Shown: positions 10,828 to 21,330, counted from the stretch's first letter. The stretch is DNA of 64,000 bases from Candidatus Krumholzibacteriota bacterium (GCA_963764625.1 CAVXTH010000009.1:160001-224000), one strand, 5' to 3'. Program-made: numbers and translations. The notes: generated from the letters alone by a model not told the origin.

Positions 10828-11988
10828 CTAGTCCAGAGTTTGGACTTCCACCGACAACACGGTCGGCAGATCTCTCGCGATGGCGGTCCAGCACTCCCCG
10901 CTATCGAAAGAGCCGTACACCTGCCCTCCAGTAGTGCCAAAGTACACGCCGCAGGAATCGAGCGAGTCGACCGCCATCGCGTCGCGCAGGACGTTCACGT
11001 AACAGTGGCTCTGGGGCAGTCCCTTGGTGAGAGGCTCCCACTCGTCGCCACCCACCTTGCTGCGATACACGCGGAGTTTGCCTTCGGGCGGATAGTGCTC
11101 CGAGTCGCTCTTGATGGGGACCACGTAGATGGTGAGCGGTTCGTGGGCGTGCACCTCGATGGGGAACCCGAAGTCCGAGGGGAGATTCCCGCTGACCTCG
11201 TGCCAGTTCTCCCCGGCGTCGTCGCTGCGGTTGACGTCCCAGTGTTTCTGCATGAACAGGACCTGCGGACGCAAGGGGTGCATCGCGATGCTATGCACGC
11301 AGTGTCCAACCTCGAAGCTCTTGTCGGGAAGCTCGTACGCGGTTTTGAGGCCTTTCGTGATGGGCCGCCAACTCTTGCCGCCGTTGTCACTGCGAAACAC
11401 CCCGGCGGCGGAAATGGCCACGTAGATGCGCTCCACGTCATTGGGATCGAGCAGAATGGAATGCAGGCACATGCCGCCGGCGCCGGGTTGCCAGAGATCG
11501 CTCTTGGCCTGCCGCAGCGCGGGAAGCTCCTTCCAGCTCTTGCCTCCGTCGGCGCTGTGAAACAGGGCCGCGTCTTCCACCCCGGCGAACACGGCCTCGG
11601 GATCGCTCGAGGAGGGTTCGAGATGCCAGACCCTCTTGAACTCCCACGGGCGCGGCGTCCCGTCGTACCAGCGATGCTCGCCCACCTTGCCTTCGTACAC
11701 GAACTTGTTGCTCTTGCCGGCGGGCGGATCCCCGGGCGTCGGCATCTTCTCACCCCCGGGAGGGGACCAGGTCTTTCCACCGTCGTCCGACCGCTGGATG
11801 ACCTGCCCGAACCAACCGCTAGATTGCGAGGCATAGATGCGGTTCGGATCGGCCGGCGAGCCCTTCAGATGGTAGATTTCCCAGCCGCCGAAATGAGGGC
11901 CGTCGATCGTCCAGTTCTTCCGCTGACCGTCGGCGCTCAAGATGAAGGCACCTTTCTTGGTGCCCACGAGAACCCGTACTCTGCTCAT
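10828..11988 (-). CDS. BNR/Asp-box beta-propeller (exo-alpha-sialidase-like) protein
   Basis: [10 protein letters not shown] start; repeated Asp boxes [40 protein letters not shown]; no signal peptide. Confidence 0.88.
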   Translation of the reverse strand: MSRVRVLVGTKKGAFILSADGQRKNWTIDGPHFGGWEIYHLKGSPADPNRIYASQSSGWFGQVIQRSDDGGKTWSPPGGEKMPTPGDPPAGKSNKFVYEGKVGEHRWYDGTPRPWEFKRVWHLEPSSSDPEAVFAGVEDAALFHSADGGKSWKELPALRQAKSDLWQPGAGGMCLHSILLDPNDVERIYVAISAAGVFRSDNGGKSWRPITKGLKTAYELPDKSFEVGHCVHSIAMHPLRPQVLFMQKHWDVNRSDDAGENWHEVSGNLPSDFGFPIEVHAHEPLTIYVVPIKSDSEHYPPEGKLRVYRSKVGGDEWEPLTKGLPQSHCYVNVLRDAMAVDSLDSCGVYFGTTGGQVYGSFDSGECWTAIARDLPTVLSVEVQTLD

Positions 11989-12047
11989 TCCATCCTCCTT
12001 TGGTGACGCGTAATTCTCACCGCATCCCATGCCGCTTGGCAACGCAA

Positions 12048-13344
12048 TTAGGGCTCGGCACTCCATTCGATCTCCGCCGCAATCAGGAGTGCAGGATCGC
12101 CATCTCGAATGGACCACTTCATGAGGGTAATGACCGAGGGCTGGATACGCCGGGTGGTGCTCTTTCCGTCGACCACGATCTCGATCGGCTTGGCAAAATC
12201 GAACTCGCCGACCCCAAGCAGCAGTTCGAAACGCCGCACGTTTCTGGTGACCACCGTGACCCTATTCCCGTGGCGTTGCGCGATGACGCGGCCGGAGGGT
12301 CTGTGGCGGGGGAAGGCCTGCGCGCGCCGGGGTGGATCGAGCTGGGGAAACAGGACCGTGTTTAGAGGGTCCAGATCCGGCGCGGGTTCGTCTCCGATCG
12401 ACTCGATGACCACCCACGAGCAGCGGCCATTGTGCTTCGGATCGTCGGTTTCCCACACGAGGGAGTCGGGGAAGAGGATCGCGCGGATGAGCCGCGCGAA
12501 ACTCGTGAAAGGTCTGCGCCTCTTTGGGCCACCAGCGCACCGAGTGTCCTCCTGGCTCCACTTTGAACTCGATCATTGCTCCAGCGCGCTCGAAGAGAGT
12601 CAAATATGGTTTCAGTGCCTTGGCCGGATAGAGACGATCGTCCTTTCCGTTGACCACCATCAGGGCCCGCCCGTGCAGATTGGCGGCGAAGATGTCTCCG
12701 CCGACTCCTTCTTCTTCGTTGCCGAGAACCCACGGGTGACCGATGAGGGGCAAAAAGCACGCCCACGGAGTCGGGGCGCGGAGCGCCTGGTAGAAGGTCC
12801 CGGTCCCGCCATCGGAGAGGCCGCTCAGGGTGCATCGGTTCGAGTCGATATGGTATCGCGCGCGCAGTCGATCAAGGATGGCCGATAGATTGTCGACCTG
12901 GCGTTGCGACCACCACATGGCGTCTTCCCAAGCCGCGGGAAACACGGTGATGATCGACGCGCTGCGAAAGGGATCTTTGAGCCGCCAGTGTTCCTCCCCG
13001 TCCTTCCAGGCGGGACGGCGCGTGGAACCGTGGAGAATCACCCGGAGAGGATAGCTCTGCTGCGGGTCGTACGACTCGGGAACGAGTACCGTATAGGGGT
13101 AGTGAACGCCTTCCCGGTCGACGCGTTCCTCGTGAAGCTCCCCGGTCGGGACATAGCCGGAATAGTCATTCTCACGCAGGCGCTGAACGGTGGAGTCGAA
13201 GTCCTGGGGCCAGCCCTTGCTCTTCAGCAGCGTCCAGGCGGTTTCCCTTCCCGCCGGTTCACCTGCGACGTGATACTCCTTCCACAGCGCATCGAAATCG
13301 CGCGGCATCGAAAGGAAGAGCAGTGTAAGTGTGATGAGCAGCAT
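12048..13344 (-). CDS. Secreted alpha/beta hydrolase (esterase/peptidase-like), frameshift near 12460
   Basis: VLVPESYDP...VILHG, GLSDGG nucleophile elbow, NGKDD, GGH; C-terminal domain continues in ORF 12048..12458. Confidence 0.75.
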
Positions 13345-13462
13345 GGCGTTCTGGGGGATGAAAGAGAATATACGGCATTTCGCCGCCGGTTGTTGCTTGA
13401 TGCTTCGCTGACGGCTACCATCAGTCCCGGCTGAGCGAGCGCCTCCTCGTGGCGGGAGTACG

Positions 13463-15352
13463 ATGGTTCGAGTCACCTGGATCGATATCTTCTGGGCCAG
13501 CGCCTTCCTTCTCTTGATGGTCGGCGGCGCCGCTCTCTTCTATCGGCTGGCCCGTCGAGGCAAAAGCGACTTCTTTCTGGCGGGTCGCGGCCTTCCCTGG
13601 TGGTTGCCCGCCGCGTCGGTCTTCAGCACCCACACTGCGACCGACACTCCGATGTGGATCAGCGGTGTCATCTACCAGCACGGTCTAAGGGGTCTCTGGT
13701 ACACCTTCTTCACCGCATGGACCGGGATCGGAGCTTTCGTTTCGGCGCGAATCTTCCGCCGCTCGCTCGCCTATACGCAGGCCGAATGGCAGACCCTCCG
13801 CTTTTACGGTCTGGGAGCCGAACTCTTGCGCGGATGGATGGCCGGATGGCAGGTGTTCATGAACATGTTCATCCTGGGTTGGGTGGGCATGGCCATGGGG
13901 AAGGTCTGCGCTCTGGCCTTCGGTTGGCCGCTCTGGGTCGGCCTGGTGATTCCCGGATTGATCACTGCCCTCTACACCCTCGGTGCCGGCTACTGGGGTG
14001 TGGTGATGGGGGACTTCCTGCAGGGAATCGTCGCGATCTTCGCCATCGTTCTGGTCTCTCTGCTCGGGGTGCACGCGGCCGGAGGCGCGCCGGCCATCGG
14101 GGCGAAGCTGGCGGCGATGGGGGAAAGCTGGCGGCTCAACCCCTTCGCCTTCACCGGTTGGACCGGTGGTGACTTTCCCATAGCCTGGTGCCTCACCATG
14201 CTGGTCATCGCCGTGGTGGGCGGTTTTGGCATGGGAACCAGCATCGACTGGTACGTGGAAGCGCAGCGAATCCAGTCGGCGAAAACGGTACGCGACGCGA
14301 CCTACGGAATTTGGGCCGGTGGGGCGGTAACGATGATCCGCAACGGGTTCTGGGCCGCGAGCATTTTGGGGTTCTTTGCCATGCTGCCCCACATCGCCAA
14401 GACCAGTGATTACGAGTTGGGTTGGTATCGTCTCGGATTCGAGCTTCTGCCCACGGGGATGATCGGAGTGTTCTTCGGGGCGATCCTCGCGATCCACCTC
14501 TCCACGATCTCGAGCCATCTGAACCTGGGTGCTCTGTATTTCACTCGCGATCTGTGGGAGCGTTACCTGCGTCCCCAGGCGAACGCGGCCGAGCTGGTGC
14601 GGGTGGGGCGCATCGCCACCTTCGTGTTGTTGGCCGGTTCCTTCTTCTACGGGCTGATGATGGAGAACATCACCAGCTGGTTGATCTTCGCGCTCTGGCT
14701 GATGATGGCCGGGGTGTGGCTCCCGAACATTCTGCAGGTCATCTGGTGGCGCTTCAACGCCTGGGGCTACTTGACGGGGTGGATGGCGAACCTCGCGTTG
14801 AGCTGGCTGGTGGTGTGGGTCCTACCCGAACTCCACCTCATTCCGAGCCTTCCCGACTACATGCAGTTCTGGATCCTCTTGGGCACGGGAGCCTTGATTT
14901 TGATACCGGCGACTCTGCTCACGCCGGCCGAGCCCATGGATCATCTGGTGCGCTACTATGCGATGACGCGGCCGCTCGGGTTTTGGGGTCCGGTGCATTG
15001 CGAGGCGGTGCGGCGCGGATTGGTTCCCGCGCAAGAGCCTTCCAGCGCCAAAGGGCGCGCGCTGGTGCGCCGTCGCTGGACCGCGGCCGAGGCCGAGCGG
15101 TGGACTCGCGAAGACTGGTTCGTGATCGTGCTCTCGCCCTTGGTCCTGGCCTGCCTCCTGTTGGGGGTGACCTGGTCTCTTCTCCTGCGTATAGAGGGAT
15201 TCCTCGTGCTCGCGGCCGCGATCGTGGGTATGTGCCTCATCTGGTACATTATTGATCCCAAGCTGCGCGCCGTCTCCGCGGAGTACGAGGCGCGGCAGGG
15301 CCGCTACATCGTGGAGAACGAGGCGCTGACTTTGGAAAAGGCGGAGGGGTGA
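13463..15352 (+). CDS. Sodium:solute symporter (SSF) family protein
   Basis: DFFLAGRGLPWW, GVVMGDFLQ, QRIQSAK, LSTISSHLN...DLW; about 15 TM helices. Confidence 0.92.
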   Translation: MVRVTWIDIFWASAFLLLMVGGAALFYRLARRGKSDFFLAGRGLPWWLPAASVFSTHTATDTPMWISGVIYQHGLRGLWYTFFTAWTGIGAFVSARIFRRSLAYTQAEWQTLRFYGLGAELLRGWMAGWQVFMNMFILGWVGMAMGKVCALAFGWPLWVGLVIPGLITALYTLGAGYWGVVMGDFLQGIVAIFAIVLVSLLGVHAAGGAPAIGAKLAAMGESWRLNPFAFTGWTGGDFPIAWCLTMLVIAVVGGFGMGTSIDWYVEAQRIQSAKTVRDATYGIWAGGAVTMIRNGFWAASILGFFAMLPHIAKTSDYELGWYRLGFELLPTGMIGVFFGAILAIHLSTISSHLNLGALYFTRDLWERYLRPQANAAELVRVGRIATFVLLAGSFFYGLMMENITSWLIFALWLMMAGVWLPNILQVIWWRFNAWGYLTGWMANLALSWLVVWVLPELHLIPSLPDYMQFWILLGTGALILIPATLLTPAEPMDHLVRYYAMTRPLGFWGPVHCEAVRRGLVPAQEPSSAKGRALVRRRWTAAEAERWTREDWFVIVLSPLVLACLLLGVTWSLLLRIEGFLVLAAAIVGMCLIWYIIDPKLRAVSAEYEARQGRYIVENEALTLEKAEG

Positions 15353-15353
15353 G

Positions 15354-15488
15354 ATGGATCGAGCTCTGGCCACCGTCATCGGAATGAGCATCTCGTATGT
15401 GGCATCCCTCGCCGGACTGCTCCTGGCGTGGTGGTCGTGGCGGCGCCGCGGACCGCAACACCGGCACAGAAAGGACCGTGATGATTGA
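15354..15488 (+). CDS. Small single-TM protein (44 aa), not in ORF track
   Basis: Manual translation MDRALATVIGMSISYVASLAGLLLAWWSWRRRGPQHRHRKDRDD*; ATG 1 nt after SSF stop with GGAGG RBS. Confidence 0.6.
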   Translation: MDRALATVIGMSISYVASLAGLLLAWWSWRRRGPQHRHRKDRDD

Positions 15489-15624
15489 GCTTCCGGTGGA
15501 AGCCATGAAGTCGAATGTGTTCTGGGCCTGGATCGTTCCGGCGCTTCTCTTCGGCTTGGCGAGCGTCGCGACCTGGCTGCTCTACCGCCATTTCATGCAT
15601 GACGGCGAAGAAGACGAATCGTAA
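15481..15624 (+). CDS. Small single-TM protein (about 47 aa)
   Basis: VFWAWIVPALLFGLASVATWLLYRHF; AAGGA RBS; overlaps stop of previous small ORF. Confidence 0.6.
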   Translation: MIELPVEAMKSNVFWAWIVPALLFGLASVATWLLYRHFMHDGEEDES

Positions 15625-15655
15625 CCAGAATGCGCGATCTTGTCCCCATTCCCGT

Positions 15656-16630
15656 TCAACGCAAGAGCGCCATCCTCATCGTCCTCGTTTCAGAAGGACC
15701 CTCGAGCCGGCAAAAGTAGACTCCACTCGCCGCCGGTCGAGCGTCCGAGTCCAGACCATCCCAACTGCGTGTGTAGTAGCCGGGTTCGAGCCATCCGTGG
15801 TGAACGCTGCGCACCAGTTGGCCGCTCGCGGTGTAGATGTCGAGCTCGTAGGGGCCGGCTTGGGTTATGGTGAAGGAAATCGAGGTCTTGGGATTGAAGG
15901 GGTTGGGGACGTTCTGATCCAAGCGCATCGAGAGATTGGAGCCAGGAATCGCGGAGGTTGGAACCGAGAATGTCACCATTCCCGTGACGAGACCCGAGTT
16001 GTCATCGTAGCACCCGGGAACGTTGGGGCTGGTGCTGCAGCGATCCTGGTAACCCAGAAAAAGGCGCGTAGCCCCATCCGGGATGTGAAACACCTGGAGG
16101 GCCCCGCTCTCCTGCCCGGTCCAGCCATCGCCCACGAAGAAGATCTGACGTAGCGCGGGACTGAGTTCGGGGAAGTCGATGCTCGAGAAGATGATCGCCT
16201 CGGGCGCGGGATCGGCCGGCTCGCTGTCGTCCAAAAAGACTCCGGTGAGATACCGTCCGCGCACCGACAGATCGCATCCTGCGAGGCCGCTGTAGATCGG
16301 TGCCGCCACGATACCCGTGAATGCCGAACCATCCGGTCCAGTCGCCGGGCAACATCCACCATAATCGATGGTCCCGGTCAGGTCGAGGGTGCAGCTGCGA
16401 TCCATACCTGCCGGGAGGGTGATTTCAAAGGGAAGAATCCCGCCGCCATCTCCGCCACCGACGCTGCCTCCCGGTCCGGGTGCGGTCGCGTGTCCCGCGC
16501 CGTAGATGTTGCACTGGCCGCTCACCGAGGCGCTGGTCGCGGCGTGGGGCTCCAGTGGGAAGAACAGCAAGAGAAAAAAAGCGAGCCCCGCGTTGAAGGC
16601 AAAAGGCCGAAACCGTGAATTGTGACTCAT
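15656..16630 (-). CDS. Secreted protein with C-terminal FlgD Ig-like (secretion/sorting) domain
   Basis: Signal peptide; LDQNVPNPFNPKTSISF...IYTASGQLVR...WDGLDSDARPAASGVYFCRL. Confidence 0.85.
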   Translation of the reverse strand: MSHNSRFRPFAFNAGLAFFLLLFFPLEPHAATSASVSGQCNIYGAGHATAPGPGGSVGGGDGGGILPFEITLPAGMDRSCTLDLTGTIDYGGCCPATGPDGSAFTGIVAAPIYSGLAGCDLSVRGRYLTGVFLDDSEPADPAPEAIIFSSIDFPELSPALRQIFFVGDGWTGQESGALQVFHIPDGATRLFLGYQDRCSTSPNVPGCYDDNSGLVTGMVTFSVPTSAIPGSNLSMRLDQNVPNPFNPKTSISFTITQAGPYELDIYTASGQLVRSVHHGWLEPGYYTRSWDGLDSDARPAASGVYFCRLEGPSETRTMRMALLR

Positions 16631-16788
16631 TCTTGGGACCTCCCGGGGGGAAGAACGGGAAAAGAGGGGTCGCAGGCTGCTCTGGAAAGTCCGGGCGTAT
16701 TTGCGTTCATTATAGGCTCAAGAGTGGCCCCCTTGACAAGAGGCCCCGGAGATTTCACTTGGGCTGGCTCTCTCGAAGAAGACAGGAG

Positions 16789-17556
16789 ATGATGGAAGTG
16801 TCGAAGATTCTAGCCGTGGTTCTCTGCCTACTTTTCTTCTCCACGACGGCCCGCGCAGACGATGACGCGGGCGCGGTCGCTCGTCGCATGGACATCTTGA
16901 ACGCACAACTTTCTCTGGACGGCAATCAGACGCAAAAGCTCGAGCACATTCTCAGCTCCCTCTCGCGCCAGAATCGCGCCTCTCGCCCCGGAAAGGGTGA
17001 AGGCCGCTCCGAGCATGAACGGGGTTCGGCGGCACCCGATTCCACGCAATTCGAAAAGCGAGCCGAGAGACTCCATGCCTCGGTCGAGGCGCTCCTGAGC
17101 CAGGAACAAATCGCTCGCTACCAGAAACTCGTCGAGACGGAAAACGAATGGTGGCTCGATCCCCAGCTTCTGCAGATGGACGGCATGTTGACGCTCAGCC
17201 ACGACCAATGCCAGAAAATCTATCCGGTCTTACGCCGCTCGCGTCTTCGCCTTCGGGCGTTACGGGAGAGCGCACGCGCTACGGGCGACCGCGGGGCCAT
17301 CGACCAACTCCGCAAGGAGATGAAGGAATCCAACGAAGTCGTGCTCGAGTTCCTCGACGAAAACCAACAGAAGCTCTGGAAGGATCACATCGAGGCCGCT
17401 AGGCAAGAGCGAGAGAAGATGCGTCCCCAACATCCAGAGGGCATGCGAGGCGGAAATCATGGCATGGGAGGGAGGTATGGGAGGTTGAGCCCTCACACCA
17501 TCATCGCGCAATTTATCTCGCAAAATGCGCGAACCTGCAGCGATGCCCCTGCGTAG
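16789..17556 (+). CDS. Periplasmic helical protein (Spy/CpxP-like repeats); 3' end possibly frameshifted
   Basis: Signal peptide; two repeats LSLDGNQ...LLSQEQIARY and LTLSHDQ...FLDENQQKLW; Gly/Met-rich tail. Confidence 0.55.
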   Translation: MMEVSKILAVVLCLLFFSTTARADDDAGAVARRMDILNAQLSLDGNQTQKLEHILSSLSRQNRASRPGKGEGRSEHERGSAAPDSTQFEKRAERLHASVEALLSQEQIARYQKLVETENEWWLDPQLLQMDGMLTLSHDQCQKIYPVLRRSRLRLRALRESARATGDRGAIDQLRKEMKESNEVVLEFLDENQQKLWKDHIEAARQEREKMRPQHPEGMRGGNHGMGGRYGRLSPHTIIAQFISQNARTCSDAPA

Positions 17557-17586
17557 CTGAAGATTGATTCCCCTTTGGAGGTAACG

Positions 17587-18141
17587 ATGAAGTTCCGCTC
17601 GCTCATGGCATTGCCCTGGTTCTGTTGCACTCTCGCAGTCACCGGACTCGCCCTCGCCCAAGACCAGGAGCAGGGAAAGAAACAACCCCCGCCACCGCCT
17701 CCCTGCACTGCCCCAGAATACTCGCAATTCGACTTCTGGATTGGAAACTGGCGCGTTACCAACGAGGAGGGCAAATTCCAGGGGACCAATCGGGTGGAGA
17801 GGATTCTCGGCAAGTGCGCAATCGAAGAGAACTGGGAGGGTGCCGAAGGATCAAAGGGACACAGCTTCAACATGTACGACAATCGACGCGGCGTCTGGCA
17901 CCAAACCTGGGTCGGAGACCATGGCCTCTTGCTCCTTCTCGACGGAGGGCTGGATGCGGATGGCCGCATGGTACTTCGCGGCCAACTTCCCGCGCGGGAC
18001 GGCAAGGGTATGGTCGACCACGAGATCTCATGGGAGAAGTTGGACGATGGGCGTGTGCGTCAGACGTGGCGCTTTTCGCGCGATGGCGGAACGACTTGGA
18101 AGAATCTCTTCGTCGGCTTGTACGAACGCCAGGATGAATGA
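17587..18141 (+). CDS. Secreted conserved hypothetical protein (DUF1579-like beta-barrel)
   Basis: Signal peptide, CTAPEYSQFDFWIGNW, WHQTWV, SRDGGTTW...F.G.Y.R. Confidence 0.75.
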   Translation: MKFRSLMALPWFCCTLAVTGLALAQDQEQGKKQPPPPPPCTAPEYSQFDFWIGNWRVTNEEGKFQGTNRVERILGKCAIEENWEGAEGSKGHSFNMYDNRRGVWHQTWVGDHGLLLLLDGGLDADGRMVLRGQLPARDGKGMVDHEISWEKLDDGRVRQTWRFSRDGGTTWKNLFVGLYERQDE

Positions 18142-18153
18142 TCAAAATTGAGT

Positions 18154-18181
18154 GGGCTGCCCGGCTATGGCCGGGCAGCCC
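18154..18181. terminator. Perfect 12-bp hairpin between convergent genes (probable terminator)
   Basis: GGGCTGCCCGGC-TATG-GCCGGGCAGCCC between stops at 18141 and 18188. Confidence 0.7.
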
Positions 18182-18187
18182 GAAGAT

Positions 18188-18766
18188 CTACTCTACTACC
18201 TTGTCCGAATCGATCACTACCTGATCCCGCAAAGAGACGAACATGCAGATGACTTCATTGATCTCAGCCTCGTTACAACCCTTATTCTTCATGCCTTGCA
18301 TGACATCCTGTCCCGCCGATAGGAAGTCGGCATTGGTCAGTTTGAGGTGGGCGTGTGCTTCGACCATGTTTTGACCCGTATATTTTCCGGGGCCACCCGT
18401 GTTGACGATCATGAATTGCGTCACCTGCTCGATGAGATGCTTCTGATCGACCTTGCCCATGAAACGTTCGAAGTCCTTGTTCTGGCTGTGTAGGCGCACG
18501 ACCTCAGCGACGATGTCATGGATCTTCTCGCTGCCTCCGAGCCGCTCATAGAGGGATTTCGCGGAATCCGCTGCGGCCATCGATTCTGCATTCTGGGCGC
18601 ACATGGCTTGAAGGCCCTTGATCTGCTCACTCACGGTGGGTGGAGTCGCGGGCTTTTTGTCCTGTTCTTTCTCCGCCGCGGAAGAGCTGTTCGCCAAAAA
18701 TGCCACGAGGAGAAGAGCGCTCCAGAGGATCGCAGCCAGCTGTATCTTCTTGAGAAAGTTGATCAC
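18188..18766 (-). CDS. Group I truncated hemoglobin with N-terminal signal peptide
   Basis: SLYERLGG, TGGPGKYTG, MVEAHAHL (proximal His F8); hydrophobic leader ending SAA. Confidence 0.85.
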   Translation of the reverse strand: MINFLKKIQLAAILWSALLLVAFLANSSSAAEKEQDKKPATPPTVSEQIKGLQAMCAQNAESMAAADSAKSLYERLGGSEKIHDIVAEVVRLHSQNKDFERFMGKVDQKHLIEQVTQFMIVNTGGPGKYTGQNMVEAHAHLKLTNADFLSAGQDVMQGMKNKGCNEAEINEVICMFVSLRDQVVIDSDKVVE

Positions 18767-18922
18767 GGAAAGTCCTTTGTCAGGGAGAAATCAGAGGGAG
18801 ATCAGTATACAGGAATCGTTCAACTTCGCTCATGGTGATTCGAGACGGGGTCGGCTTCAGTTTATGTGTGAAGCTAGTCCCTTGGTTTCCCGATATTCGG
18901 AACCGCTTTTTCGGGCGGTATC

Positions 18923-19964
18923 CTAGGGCTGCGCTCCGGCCGCCATTTCCTTCAGCTTGATGAGTTGCTGACGGCTTCCGAGCACCATCAATCGCTGTCC
19001 GGATTCCAGCTGCATATGGGCATCGGGATTGAACACCACCCCGGCCGAGGTATAGACCGCGAGGACCATGGCGCCGCTCCGGCGGCGCAGGTCGATCTGT
19101 GCGAGACTGCTTTGGTCGAGTTCGCTTTGCGGCATCACTTCTACTTTTCCGAGTTCCAAACCAATATCGTCCAGGGGCTGATTGAATTGTTCCAGAAAGT
19201 CGACGACTTCTGGCTGGATGGCCATCGCGGCCATGCGCCGACCGCTGGTCACGTAGGGAGAGATGACTCGGTTGGCGCCCACCATCATCAGCTTCCGGCT
19301 GGTACCCGGTTCGCTGGCCCGGGCGATGAGTTGTAGATCGGGGTTGAGGGTGCGAGCCGTCAAGACGGTGAAGACGTTTTCGGTATCGCTGTCCATGGCG
19401 GCGATGAGGCAGCGGGCACGGAGAATTCCCGCCTGAAGCAGGATCTCCTCGCTCGTGGCATTTCCCTTCAAGTAGCAGATCTTCTCGCTGTCGAGCTCAT
19501 CGATGGGAGGCTCGAGATCGATGATCATGGCAGTGCCGCCGTGAAGCCGCAATTCGTGGACGATCTCCTGTCCCACGCGGCCGTAGCCGCAGACGATGAC
19601 GTGTTCGCTGAGTTTGTCGATCAGGTTTTGCATGCGCCGCTCCCTCCGGAAGCCTCCGATATGCCCTTCGAGCGCGAAGTTCACGAGTTGGGCCAGGGCG
19701 AAGCCGATGGTGCCCACCGAGAGCATGATGAAGAACACGGTGAAGAGGTGCCCACCGGTACTGAGTGGCCTGACCTCACGGAATCCCACCGTACTCATGG
19801 TGATGGCCACCATGTACATAGATTCCAACCAGCTCCAGCCCTCGATGAGGCGATAACCGGATAACACCGATGACGACGATGAGGGCGATGATCAAGATCC
19901 AGCGCAGCGCCCGCAGGGCATGTTCTGATTCGGCGGCGGGTCGACTGGGATGTTTGCGGGTCAC
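18923..19964 (-). CDS. Potassium channel with RCK (TrkA-N/TrkA-C) domains, frameshift near 19865
   Basis: TMSTVGF selectivity filter, HVIVCGYGRVG, GNAT, VISPY; first TM helix in ORF 19776..19964. Confidence 0.9.
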
Positions 19965-20023
19965 GGACCTCTCCCTGGGCTAGGAGCGCACTGTAGAACC
20001 AAGTCCGTGGTCACGGCAAGCTC

Positions 20024-20644
20024 TCATGCCGGTGGAGAGATTCGATCCTCGCCACAACTCTTTGCCGACTCTCGTCGCCGGGTCAGGTCGGGGCGCTTCA
20101 CCGTCCATCGGGGCGCGAGCTTCAGCAGCGAGTCGGAAAGGACAGCCCGCGAAGGGGCCTTGTCCGGCAGCGCGTGACAGAAGAGAATCTCCTCCGAAGC
20201 GATTCCCACCAGCGAAATCTCGGTCTGCTGTCGTGGCGGGGAATTCTTCTCGCCCGGCCGGCGGGGAAACAGTGCAACTCGAAGGGACTCCGCACAAGCG
20301 AAGGTCTCGATCGCCTCTTCGAGGAGGAAGCCCGCGGCTGGCGCCAGCTCGAAGATTCGGGTCACGACCTGTATGTAGGTGCTCTCTTGCCCGGAGCTTG
20401 CGACGATTCCATCGTGGATCTGCGCCATGAACGCTTCGTAATGGACCAGGTTTCGCCACACGGCAAGGATTCCGGCTTCATCTGAGCGCTGAGAGTCCCA
20501 GCCTCCGAGCTGAAGGAGAAAGCCCGGAACCGTACTGAGAGCAGACCACGCCTCCTGCGCGCGAGCGAAGGATTCGCGTTGGGCCGGGGCGACCGTGCAG
20601 CGAATCCATTTCAGAATGGGGGAGCTTGAAGAGGATCTGGACAT
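20024..20644 (-). CDS. YdbC/DUF4937-like protein
   Basis: LKWIRCTV...FARAQEAWSALSTVPGFLLQLGGW...YEAFMAQIHD. Confidence 0.6.
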   Translation of the reverse strand: MSRSSSSSPILKWIRCTVAPAQRESFARAQEAWSALSTVPGFLLQLGGWDSQRSDEAGILAVWRNLVHYEAFMAQIHDGIVASSGQESTYIQVVTRIFELAPAAGFLLEEAIETFACAESLRVALFPRRPGEKNSPPRQQTEISLVGIASEEILFCHALPDKAPSRAVLSDSLLKLAPRWTVKRPDLTRRRESAKSCGEDRISPPA

Positions 20645-20666
20645 TTCCGCCGCTTCACTCGAGAAC

Positions 20667-21254
20667 TCAATCCACGGTGCAGCGCACGATGGGGCGGGTT
20701 TTCGAAGGGCGAGCCACCTCGCGAAATCCGGCCTTCTTGAAGGCGGAAGGCAGGCCGGTCCAGACGAAAGAGTCCGGGATCCGTTCCATCTTGGGTTGGG
20801 TCGGGTAACCCTCGATGATCGTGGCGCCCCGCTTGGCCGCGAGTTGGACCGCGGCTTCGAGCAAGCCGACGGACACTCCCTGGCGGCGATAGGGCTTCAA
20901 GACGAACAGACAAGAGATGGACCAGACCGGTTCATCATCGAGCGGGCGCAACACTCGGGATCGACTCAGGTAGGAGTAGGAAGCACGCGGTGCGATCGCG
21001 CACCAGCCGATGGCCTCCTTCCCCAGATAGGCCAGGACGCCAGGCTTCTCCCCTTCGGTCACGAGCTTCTTCAAGGCGCGTTTGTTCTTCGCGCCCTTTC
21101 CCGCGACCCAGTCTTTGGAAGAGAGTCGCCACACCATGCACCAGCAGCCCCCACACGCTCCTCGTTCTCCAAAGAGCTTCTCGAGGTCTTTCCAGCGCGA
21201 GGGGGTCGCCCAGTAGAATCTCAGCTTCTTGAGGGTCGTGTCCTTCTTGCTCAT
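20667..21254 (-). CDS. GNAT family N-acetyltransferase
   Basis: GACGGCWC, IGWCAIAPR, ISCLFV..YRRQGVS, IEGYP, FKKAGF. Confidence 0.88.
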   Translation of the reverse strand: MSKKDTTLKKLRFYWATPSRWKDLEKLFGERGACGGCWCMVWRLSSKDWVAGKGAKNKRALKKLVTEGEKPGVLAYLGKEAIGWCAIAPRASYSYLSRSRVLRPLDDEPVWSISCLFVLKPYRRQGVSVGLLEAAVQLAAKRGATIIEGYPTQPKMERIPDSFVWTGLPSAFKKAGFREVARPSKTRPIVRCTVD

Positions 21255-21330
21255 GATAGAATTCGATTTAGCAGATGCGAGTCGGCCGCCGCGGGCTCTT
21301 CGAGCCGCGGCAGCCGTCCTCGAAGAAAAC

